From positions 1 through 44,069 of IMG/VR virus record IMGVR_UViG_3300049043_000058: a stretch of 44,069 nucleotides of DNA. One strand, written 5' to 3'. Below, piece after piece: positions 8,496 through 18,298 of the stretch. The notes below the pieces were generated by a model, which was not told the DNA's origin, made no database searches, and was given only the letters and a program-made list of their open reading frames with translations. Origin of the DNA: a virus. Its lineage: Duplodnaviria > Caudoviricetes. The number at the start of each line of letters is the position of its first letter. The stretch's first letter is position 1. Position numbers and translations under genes: made by a program.

Positions 8496-8927
8496 TTAGT
8501 AGTGGTTATGTGGGTTATGATAAGCGATAAGCTTTGCAAGGTGATTCCATAACGCTTACATACACGTAACGTAGGCCTCGCAGTATTTGGAGTGCAGGAT
8601 CTCAGATTCTCTCTCCAAGGAGTTGAGCAATTCCGAAAGCTGATGAAGTCTGGGTTTTGTGCGTAGTGGTCAAACCTGCTTTCACGGGTCCATAAGGAGT
8701 TGAGACAAGCCCACTCTCTCCCTCTCCAACCAAACGCAACCCACGCGTATTGCTTCGCCAATTTTCTGTTCTCATTCTTCTCCTTCCATCGTTGCTTTGG
8801 TTCTGCTCATCTGCGTCTGCTTGCTTGGATCTAGATGTGTTGTCTTTTCCAAGTGTGTGTAGGTGAATACGAGCGTCAGCACGAGTGCGCCCACTAATGT
8901 CCAACCACGTCTTTCCCTTAGCCTCAT
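8496..8927 (-). CDS. membrane-anchored lytic transglycosylase (SLT-like; frameshifted)
   Basis: N-terminal hydrophobic stretch; WACLNSLWTRESRF..YAQNP.SSAFGIAQLL...GLRY...RYG.PCKA. Confidence 0.8.
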
Positions 8928-9077
8928 CAGATAACCTCTCCTGCTCAAGTAGTTCCTTGTATTGGTCGGGATACTGCTGGGCAAGGCGAGCCAGCGCCCT
9001 CCCCTCGCCCTCTGATAGTTGCGTAGCCATACGGCTCGCTTCTCAGAGGACTTCTTTCGATTATCGGTTACTGTCAT
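8772..9077 (-). CDS. hypothetical protein
   Basis: AVWLRNYQRARGRALARLAQQYPDQYKELLEQE reconstructed over one frameshift. Confidence 0.6.
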   Translation of the reverse strand: MTVTDNRKKSSEKRAVWLRNYQRARGGRWLALPSSIPTNTRNYLSRRGYLMRLRERRGWTLVGALVLTLVFTYTHLEKTTHLDPSKQTQMSRTKATMEGEE

Positions 9078-9150
9078 TGAGCTTATCCTCCCATACAATC
9101 AGTTCATAGACTACCACCATAACGGCTGCCAAACCTAGCCAGTAACTCAT
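9061..9150 (-). CDS. single-TM microprotein, copy 1
   Basis: MSYWLGLAAVMVVVYELIVWEDKLNDSNR*. Confidence 0.55.
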   Translation of the reverse strand: MSYWLGLAAVMVVVYELIVWEDKLNDSNR

Positions 9151-9416
9151 TTCTTGCCCCTCTCTACTATATTTGTTGCTTCTATCAAGGCTTCACAGTC
9201 TGGGTTCATAGATGAACCACATCTACACCTGTCCACACGGTAATCTTCAATCTCCTGCGCTATCTGCTTGCGCCAATGACGCTCTAAGATAACCTGAACA
9301 TCTTTAGTACTTAAAACAACGTACTGACACTGCGCTTCTTCATCAAACCAAGACAGTTCATCTCTGTAATGTTTCAATAAACCATACATATCTACCCTTC
9401 TACTTGTATCGTTCAT
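9147..9416 (-). CDS. hypothetical protein
   Basis: intact 89-aa ORF with RKQIAQEIE motif. Confidence 0.65.
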   Translation of the reverse strand: MNDTSRRVDMYGLLKHYRDELSWFDEEAQCQYVVLSTKDVQVILERHWRKQIAQEIEDYRVDRCRCGSSMNPDCEALIEATNIVERGKK

Positions 9417-9486
9417 TGAGCTTATCCTCCCACACTATAAGCAGGTAGGCAAGAATAGTCACGGCTATTACTCCAAGGAATATCAT
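9400..9486 (-). CDS. single-TM microprotein, copy 2
   Basis: MIFLGVIAVTILAYLLIVWEDKLNERYK*. Confidence 0.55.
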   Translation of the reverse strand: MIFLGVIAVTILAYLLIVWEDKLNERYK

Positions 9487-11880
9487 TTCGCTCTCTCTCC
9501 CTGCCTTTGTAGCCTGCCGTCAGAAAGCCATACGCAGGTTGTATTGGTTACTGTTATACTCTTACCTTCTCCCACCATAGGAAAAAGGCTTCTTCTTGTT
9601 GATCTGTTGTTACCTGAAATTGGTTACGTCATTATCTGTCCCCTTCGTATTGAGCCTCACACGAGGCACATAAATCTTCCGCTAATAAAGCTGACTGCTT
9701 ACACCCAAGGCAGTATCCACTCCTCATCGTAGCACCGCCCCAAATGCTCGTTTCTCTCTCTCCTGTTATGGTAGCCAGCACGAGAGCTGTCACCTCTATC
9801 TTGTCTGTTACCGGCGCAGGGTTCTCGTTATCCTCCTTCGTTCCATACGCTTACGAATATGGAGTTATCTAGCCCACGTCTGAACCACTCCACGGCTTCC
9901 GTTGCGCTCGCTCCACCCCACGCAATATCTCCCTTCCTGTCCATTACCTCATAGAGATTACGTTAGTTTCATTAGCCTTCTCCTCCTTGTAGTTGATTAG
10001 GTTGATTTCATTGAGGGCATTGACCATACGGATACAGGTTAGCCCCTGCCTCTTTCGCCTCCCCCTCTACCATTTGCTTGATAGCTAGGTCACGGCAGAG
10101 GTTTGCCTTTGCTTGATAGTATTCCTTATTCATAACTCTCCTCCATTTGTTTGATTAGGTCATCTATTTCAGGCGCATAAGGTCTAGCCTCTGCCTTGCT
10201 GTCCTCTTCCGCACACGGGGTTTCGGCGTGCTTCGTGAGCGTTCTACTCTGAGAAGCTCCACCCACATACTCCACAACGCGGGGTCATAGTGTCGCCGGT
10301 CTTTTCAATAGTTACATCGTGGAAACTACCAGGACCTAGCCCTAACTGATCGGCTACGCCTTCTGCCCACCCTTGTACTCTGTCTGCGCTCGTCTTCTCC
10401 TTTTTCACTATCTAACTCGTGATAGATAGTGACAGAAGCCTTCCATTGTGACCCGTAAAAAGTCACCTCATACTCATACTCGCGCATTGATCTCCCCCCG
10501 CACTCTGTATCATCGTGAATCTTTCGATCCATTTGCTTTCTTCCTCGGTAATCCACGAGGCTACACTTTCGATAGCCTCCTTTACCTCGTGATAGACCTC
10601 CATTGTGTATTCATTGGTAGTCTATCCACCTCAAACCACGAGTTATTGACCCACTCCCCGCCCTTATCCTCCAACTCTGAGAGTTCTTGGTCGTTAGTAA
10701 AGCCAGCATTGATGAGATTCGATCACAGTATCTAATCACTTGGTTCTTGTAGTGGATACGCATTTCACCCACGCAGACGATTCAATATTCTCTTCCTTGA
10801 TAGGTAAGCGTTGCCACGTTACTACTATCTCCCCACGTATAGAACGCGCTATCTTGACGATCGCTACGTTCAGCGCTTCAGGGTCTAGGATTTCCAGCGT
10901 CACGCCTTCGGGTATCTCATAGACATACTTCTTCACTTGATTACCTCCACGCTCGCGCTATCGGTTGTCATATTGTCGAGATCGTCACTAAATAACCGCA
11001 ACGCTTCCTCGATAGCTCCGTCCATAGTCATACCTTCAAAAAGGTGTCCGTGTACAGTCTCCTGTAGTGTCATACTCTCTCGTTATAGATACTTTGATAA
11101 TCATTTAGTTTCCCTTTCTGTCGTAGTCCATTAGCACTTCATTACAATTTTGACACTCCACCGATACATTGACGGCGTTTCCGTTCTGTTCTCATACTCG
11201 ACCACCGAAACCGCGTGCCCTGTATGCCTTGACAATTCATCGAAACTATCTGCGCTCATTGTTCTTCCCTTCTCTTTGATTTCGATTTTACTCATTACCC
11301 ATAGAATTACAACAACCACCGCCGAATACACAGCGATTTGAAATAGTCCGTTGATCCAGCTCAGAGATACGTCAAACATTACGTTTAGCCTCCTCCTCTT
11401 TCCTTTTCTCGACCTGATTATCCACTCTAACGTTAGGCGGATCTACCTCCTTTAGTTCTGCCCGCATTTTCTCTAGGCGTTTAGTGTAAAATCTCTACAA
11501 GCTCTCCCATTATTCGCCCTTCCTCTCCTCTAATTGGTTATGGATTAGGCAGAACCAGCTTTCCTTATCGTAAGGCACTCGATTACTTTCGCACTCTTTC
11601 ATTATGCGCCCTCCTTCTCGCAGATTACGGAGTGAGCTATCGCGTCCATAGCTTCCCGATAACCTTCCGCATAACCAAAACGCTCGATTAGGTTATCCTT
11701 CTCCTTGTATTGGTAGCGATAGGCGAAAGCTCCCTCGCTCCCCGTTGCCTACGATCTCCCACTCTTTCACAATAGAAGCTAGGCATACGCACGCGGTTAG
11801 CTCCCCGCATATATCGCAATAATCTAGCGGGGCTTGTTGATAGCTCGCACTCGTCTAGGGTGTGCTTCATAGCCCTCACC
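9483..11880 (-). other. run of about a dozen small hypothetical early genes
   Basis: short coupled ORFs with GGAG/GAGAG RBSs, e.g. ~9735-9972, ~9958-10133, 10736-10936, ~10933-11104. Confidence 0.6.
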
Positions 11881-12374
11881 CTCTCGCTAAATCGGTAAGT
11901 GATACGCGGATAGCTTGATCCTTAGGGCGCACGTATTCCCAATTATCGCCCGATATACAGATTTGGCATAGGCTTTTGCGGATAGCTTTACATAAAGCAA
12001 AAGCGAAAGATTTCTGCCAATTCTCACTCTCGCAGGCTTGATACTCATAACAAGCTAACGCGCCTAAAGCCTCGCCCACGCTCGCTTGATGAGACATTAC
12101 GGCCTAAACGCTACAAGCTTAGCACCCTCCCAAAATTCATCAGCGTCATTAGGGTCATCTAGCCACATAGCTCGCCTGATTTTCTACGGCGTAGCTCCTC
12201 CTTTATTAGTGAAGCGTAAAAAGATCCGTAATAGTTTCCTCCACGCTCGAAAGTAATCTCTCCACGTGGCGGAAGCGTATCCTCGCCCACATAGACCCAG
12301 AGATCATCTCTCCTCCAGCTTGTCACGCTCGCCAATAAATCGAGCGTATCCTCATTACACATAAACGCCGACAT
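11876..12374 (-). CDS. conserved hypothetical early protein (split by frameshifts)
   Basis: MSAFMC...DLL N-terminus and ALACYEYQACESENW..SFA C-terminus appear to be one gene. Confidence 0.65.
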
Positions 12375-12464
12375 AATTTACCCTTTTCTCTTGTTAGCTT
12401 ACCCATTGTTAGGTGAGCTACCTCCCGCTAAGGATAGGCTAACCCTTAGCGGAAAGTAAAGCAC

Positions 12465-12665
12465 CTACGCTAGTGATTTTCTATAGATCCCTAACCCTGC
12501 CTCAGCTTTCACGATCTCACGCGCTAGGCGTAACGCCTCGCTTTTCGTGTAGCCCATAAACACCTCATTACCTAGATAGGTGTTACCTTGATAGGCATAA
12601 ACACGATACGCCCCCGCTACCTCTCCCGTTACGATCTTTTCAATACTTAGGTCAATTCCTCTCAT
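12465..12665 (-). CDS. hypothetical early protein
   Basis: 66 aa, FMGYTKSEALRLAR motif. Confidence 0.65.
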   Translation of the reverse strand: MRGIDLSIEKIVTGEVAGAYRVYAYQGNTYLGNEVFMGYTKSEALRLAREIVKAEAGLGIYRKSLA

Positions 12666-12813
12666 TTTCGCTCACCTCCTCGAAACCGATCCCGCGCTTT
12701 TCTAGCTCTTTCCACGCCGAGAGGATTTTCTTCTGTTGCGTGAGCGTAAGCTCAGCGTTGATGATCTCCTGCCCTTGTTTCATTACTTTTACCAGCGTGC
12801 GGGTAGCCATAGA

Positions 12814-13168
12814 TCACGCACCTAACAATTCACGCGCTAGGCGTGGCGAGCTATCGGTTAGCTCTTCCGTGTCGCTTATGTCGAACACATAACGCCACGA
12901 GAAAATGGGCTTATCGTCATCGTCTGCGCTTACCTAGTGGCACGAGGATAGCTAAGCCCTTAGCTCCCTTACGCACCGATCTCCCTGCTTTCCGCCACGC
13001 GTGAAAGCCCGCGCATTGTGTCGCGCTAGGCTTCTGGAGCAGGATCATTAGCGCATTCTGAGGAGAAAATGCGGTTACTAGATTGGTCGGGATAACGGGG
13101 TTACTCTCGCCTAGCGCCTTAGCTCCTGCCCGTAGGTCGATCGATAAATGCTTTATCTCTCATGCCAT
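12814..13168 (-). CDS. ArdC N-terminal (DUF1738) ssDNA-binding/antirestriction-like protein, first early gene
   Basis: manual translation FSPQNALMILLQKPSATQCAGFHAWRKAGRSVRKGAKGLAILVP...WRYVFDISDTE. Confidence 0.8.
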
Positions 13169-13222
13169 TATCTTTACCCTTTACTCTTAGGAGCTTTACT
13201 ATTCTTTAAGCTCACTAGCATT

Positions 13223-13252
13223 AGGTTAGACTAGGCTCAGTCTATCTGTCAA
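13223..13252 (-). promoter_or_regulatory. early promoter
   Basis: TTGACA-18-TAACCT on the minus strand with an AT-rich upstream tract. Confidence 0.72.
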
Positions 13253-13472
13253 TACATAGCAGAAAATAAATTTATCGGCGTGTCGCGCCTGGTGTGATAG
13301 CGGAATAGCCAGGCGATAGCGCGGAAAGATAGGAGCGCGTCACTAGATCGACGGGCGCGGAATAGATAGCTCGTGCGGTTATCGGTGGCGGATTTATTAT
13401 CTTTAGCAGAATAATTATCTAGGGCGCGAGAGTGCCGAAGCGCTAGACAGCCCACTAAAAATATACACAGAC

Positions 13473-13524
13473 TTATCCACAGGCTTATCCACAGACACGC
13501 GAGAGCGCGTGTCAGTTATCCACA
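13473..13524 (+). promoter_or_regulatory. three perfect DnaA boxes around a GACACGCG/CGCGTGTC inverted repeat
   Basis: TTATCCACA at 13473, 13485 and 13516; inverted repeat 13494-13513. Confidence 0.8.
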
Positions 13525-13638
13525 AAAGACTCGACCCCACTCTTTAGTTTTGGGTGGTATGTAGTCTATGTACCCCAACAAAATATCTCCACTAAAGTGG
13601 ATCCATTTTCCGTATTGTCCGTATTATATGCCTATATC

Positions 13639-13654
13639 TGTGACGTTAGTCACA
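13639..13654. promoter_or_regulatory. CRP/GlxR-type site
   Basis: TGTGA-CGTTAG-TCACA, exact TGTGA-N6-TCACA consensus in intergenic DNA. Confidence 0.7.
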
Positions 13655-13674
13655 TCTATAAAGATTTTTGGAAG

Positions 13675-13698
13675 AAAAGCGGGAAACCGCTTTTTTTT
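13675..13698. terminator. GAAA-loop hairpin flanked by A and T tracts
   Basis: AAAAGCGG-GAAA-CCGCTTTTTTTT. Confidence 0.5.
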
Positions 13699-13825
13699 CC
13701 TGCCTAATACAGTATATGGGAGCAAATGCGGAACAGCCCTAGCATTTGCGACGCTACGCTCACGCTACGCCCGTTAGGGAGGTAGCAGTGAGCGCTCCTA
13801 ACGGAGCGAGGCCGAATCGTATGAT

Positions 13826-13848
13826 GAGGCTCAAGCGGAGCCTCTTTT
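13826..13848 (+). terminator. terminator-like hairpin in the terminase leader
   Basis: GAGGCTC-AAGCG-GAGCCTC-TTTT, ~40 nt before the terminase ATG. Confidence 0.5.
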
Positions 13849-13887
13849 AGTTGGGTGTATTCTATCTATACGCCCGTTAGGCATGCA

Positions 13888-15765
13888 ATGCCAGAGAATA
13901 CCTCCGATATAGCCAAGCGAGTCATCCTCTCTGCTATCGCAGAAGGTATGACGGTAGAGCAGGCTGTCGCCTCTGCTGGTAAATCCTATAAGTCCTATGA
14001 GTACTACCGCCGTACCGATTCCGTCTTTCAAGGACAAGGTGGATAGAACTAGGCTAGGCCTACGCGGAGCTTCCTTTATAGAGAAGACTCTAGATGACCT
14101 GACATTCGCTCAGTTCAGAGAACGCTTCCTGCGTTCCAAGACTTTCCCTCATCAGCAGAACCTGATAGATGTCATTGAAGGTAGGGACCCAACCTGGCTC
14201 CATCCTGTCAATGAAGTACGAAAAGGGTCTTGCAGATAACCGCATCCTTATCAACATTCCGCCCAACCACGCCAAGTCCATTACGGTTACCGTGGACTAC
14301 GTAACCTGGAAGATTGTCAATAACCCAAACTTTAGAGTTCTCATAGTTTCCCAAACCCAGCGTCTAGCCGCAGACTTCCTTTATGCTATCAAGCAGCGAC
14401 TGACGCATCCAATGTACGAAGAACTACAGCAGGCATACGCCGCTGGGGTTGGGTTCAAATCTAAGACTGCATCGCTGGCAGGCCACCCGCGTCACCTTCG
14501 GTGATGAACTCCGTGAGTCATCTGAGAAGGACCCCAACATCGAGGCAGTCGGTATCGGCGGTCAGATTTACGGTAAGCGTGCCGATATGATTCATTATAG
14601 ATGACGCAGTGACCCTCTCTAACGCAAATGACTTTGAACGAGCAGATTAAGTGGCTTACCCAAGATGTACGCTCCCGTCTCAACCCGACAGGTAAGCTTA
14701 TTGTTATTGGTACCCGCGTAGCAGCGGTAGATCTCTATAAAGAATTACGCAATCCGATAGACCGCTACCCTGGTGGCTTAGTCCCTTGGACCTATCTGGC
14801 TATGCCAGCTCTACTAGAATCTAATGAGGACCCCGATAAATGGGTTACTCTCTGGCCTTACTCAGACCAACCCTTTGATGGACAACCAGAAGAGCAGAAG
14901 ACCGAAGAAGGCTTATAGCCTCGCTGGAATGGTAGAAACCTTTTCAACGAACGTCAAGCTATGGATGCATACTACCTGGGCTTTGATTTATCAACAACAA
15001 GATATTTCCGATGATGCCATCTTTGATCCAGTATGTGTGAAAGGTTCCATTGATGGAATGCGAAAAGCAGGTCGATTGGTGCCTGGCAATCCAGGTCATC
15101 CCAAAGACCTCAGCAGGTTTCAGTTTTGTTTGTGGACTTGACCCTGCAATGGTCGGAGACACAGCGGCGGTCTGTTACGCGGTTGATCGCATATCTCATA
15201 AGCGCTACATTGTTGACGCTATCAAGATTACGCGTCCTACGCCTGCACAAATCAGACAACTCATTACCGATTGGACTAACGTATATGCACCTTCGGAATG
15301 GATCGTAGAGCGTAACGCCTTTCAATCTTTTCTCACGCAAGATGAAGGAATTAGACAATTCCTTGCTATCCAAAGGAACTGTACTAAGAGAACACCACAC
15401 TGGTAATAACAAGTGGGATGCAGGCTTTGGTGTGGCTTCTATGTCCACCCTCTTTGGTACTAAGCAACCTGATGGTAAGCACCATCGAGATAATCTGATT
15501 CATCTACCATCAGTGACCAGACAGAGAATATCAAGTCTTTAATAGAGCAACTTGATTACTTGGTCACCTACGACCAAAGGTAAGACCGATATGGTGATGG
15601 CTCTTTGGTTCTGTGAGATCAAAGCACGTGAGATGGCTCAACCAAGGTATTCACGCAACGCACCATATGAAGAATCCATTCTTATCACGATACGAGAAAA
15701 GGCAAAGCGTATAGTCATCAATATCGATGAACTACTTGCTGAAAAAGACAAGACAGTTCATTTAG
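13888..15765 (+). CDS. terL: terminase large subunit with N-terminal HTH extension (many frameshifts)
   Basis: RILINIPPNHAKS Walker A, GKRADMII.DD Walker B, IVIGTR, CGLDPA nuclease motif, VERNAFQ, TDMVMALWF. Confidence 0.9.
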
Positions 15766-15774
15766 GAGAACCAA

Positions 15775-17509
15775 GTGCTTACAACCAAAGAGGTAATCGC
15801 TAAGGTAGCGCGTCTACAGACCAAGTATGCAGCCACGCGATCAACGTATGCGTGACGTGCTATCAGTACGTCAAGGAGACATCAGCAAGGTCTATCCTGC
15901 GATGTTCTCAGAGGAATACCCCAAGCCTCTGGTTGCTAACTTCGTAGATGTAGCTGCTCGTGACCTAGCAGAAGTGATGGCACCACTGCCATCCTTCAAC
16001 TGCGCTGCTACCAATATGGTTTCAGACACAGCACGCAAGGCTGCAGATACCAGAACTCGTATCGCTAACTATTACGTCTCAGGTTCTGAACTACAGATTC
16101 AAATGTACAACGGTGCTGACTGGTTCAACACCTACGGAATGCTTGCCAGCAATGGTTGAGATGGATTACGAGAATAACAATCCACGTATCCGCTTGCTCA
16201 ATCCATTTGGTGTATATCCAGAGATTGATAGATTTGGTCGTTGTATCTCACTGACTCAGATTACTATTACCGATGCTGAATCTCTAGCAGTCGCAGTATC
16301 CAGAGTTTGCTATCACAGATTATGCCACGTATACCATTGGCATCTGGCGCACAAGCAGTCACCTTGGTTCGTTACCACGACAAAGACCAAGATCTTATCT
16401 TTATTCCAGAACGCAATAACCTTATTCTTATCCAACATTCCTAATCCTGTTGGAAAGTGTATGGCTCGTGTTGCAGTTCGTTCATCTCTTGATGGCGAAG
16501 CACGTGGTCAGTTCGATGATATTCTAGCGGTACAACTTGCTCGTGCTCGCTTTGCTGTATTACAGATTCAAGCAGCAGAGAAATCCATTCAAGCACCGAT
16601 TGCTATTCCGCAGGATGTCCAAGAACTCGCACTTGGCCCTGATTCCATTATGCGTTCTGCTAATCCACAAGCAATTCGTCGTGTACCGCTAGAACTACCT
16701 CCTGGAGTATTTACAGAATCTGGCGTACTAGAGCGTGAACTTCGTCTTGGCGCTCGTTACCCAGAAGTACGCAGCGGTAACGTTGATGCCTCTATCATTA
16801 CAGGTCGTGGAGTTCAAGCGCTACAAGCAGGCTTTGATACTCAAGTTCGTGCAGCACAAGCACAGTTTGCACGTCTATTTATGGAACTTGTATCGCTCTG
16901 CTTTGAAGTAGACGAGAAGATTTTCGGCAGCATCACGAAAGAAATCAAGGGCGTTGACGACGGTACACCATTCAATATGAAGTACATTCCAAGCAAGGCA
17001 TATTGCTGGTGAATACGGCGTAGATGTTCGTTACGGCATTATGTCTGGTATGAATCCAAACAATGCCATCATTGCTTTGCTACAGATGCGTAGCGACAAA
17101 CTTGTAAGCCGCGATTATGTACGTCGTGAGATTCCGATGGAGTTGAATGTCACTCAAGAAGAACAGCGTGTGGATATTGAAGAGATGCGTGATTCTTTGC
17201 GCGTTGCTGTTGCTCAGTACGCCCAGGCTATTCCTGCGCTTGCAGCACAAGGTCAAGATCCTTCTCAAATCGTTTCCCGAATCGCCGAAGTAATCAAGGG
17301 TCGTCAAAAGGGATTAGCAACTAGAAACTATTGTGGAGAAGGTATTTACACCAGAGCCACAACCAGAAATGCCAATGGGCGAACAAGTTCCAGCAGCAGG
17401 TATGGCCCCCGTTCCTGCCTCGCAGCCAACTCCAGAACAAATGGGTGCGGCCCCTGCTGCTGGCGCTCGTCCAGACATTGCTACGTTACTCGCATCTATT
17501 GCAGGGTAG
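15775..17509 (+). CDS. portal protein (frameshifted)
   Basis: ~570 codons directly after terminase; VANFVDVAARDLAE and SIITGRGVQAL; Pro-rich tail. Confidence 0.82.
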
Positions 17510-17520
17510 GGAGGTGTAAT

Positions 17521-18298
17521 ATGAAAAAAGGTGGTCGTGCAAAGGCTCCAATGCAACAGCCAACAAAAGGCAAGATGGATACCAAGAAGCCAACAAAGTC
17601 CAGATGTTAAGTTTGGCTATGCTGCCAGCAGGTCGCAAAGGCAAGAAGGCTTAGTGTTATTTGAGAGGATAGAGCGTGGACGAAGATACAAGATTATGTA
17701 CCGCGTTCTGTCACTCTAGCAGATTTCTGCAGTAGTTATATCAGGTTTCTGCAGTAAATATAATCAGAGCCATTAGAGATGCTCGCATCAGAAATTTTAG
17801 ATTTAGCAGTGTATAACGCAAATAGAAAAACAAAGGTTTCCAGAGTGTGGGAACAATTCACATCAGATTTAGAGAAGATGGAGGACAATAATGGCTAGAG
17901 GTCCATTAGCAGGCCCAGCAGGTCCTGGTAATCTCCACAAGAACAGACGGACTTTCATTTCAATCGCCAGAATATGGCGCAGGTGTAGAAAACAAAGCCT
18001 ATAAAGAAGGCGCTCAATTATCAAAAACTCCAGATGTACGTGCTACGTCACGTTCTGATATGGGCACGGCTCGAAGTCAATTAGCTGGAAAAATAGATTT
18101 ATATGCAGCAACAGCAAATCCAAATGAGCCGATTACTACTGGAGTAGCTATTGGCAAAAGGCGAAGGACCAGAAGCACTGGCACTGGCAGGCGTTCTAGA
18201 CAGAGAAACTATCAGACATCTTGGCAAAGATGCTTCCTTACTACTCAAAGTGGAGAGGTAGAAATTCTCTATCAGCGTGCATTAGCGCGAGGTATGTA
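17521..18298 (+). other. three small hypothetical virion-region genes
   Basis: MKKGGRAKAP.. (17521), VDEDT.. (~17676), MARGPLAGPAGPG.. (17891). Confidence 0.5.

Noticed and set aside
13750-13850. Hammerhead or pistol ribozyme in the terminase leader
   Set aside because: ATGATGA is not the CUGANGA core with a matching GAAA, and the pistol linker and P2/P3 elements are missing
14445-14465. tRNA T-loop-like GGTTCAAATC
   Set aside because: Lies in terminase coding sequence and has no cloverleaf; no tRNA was found in the window
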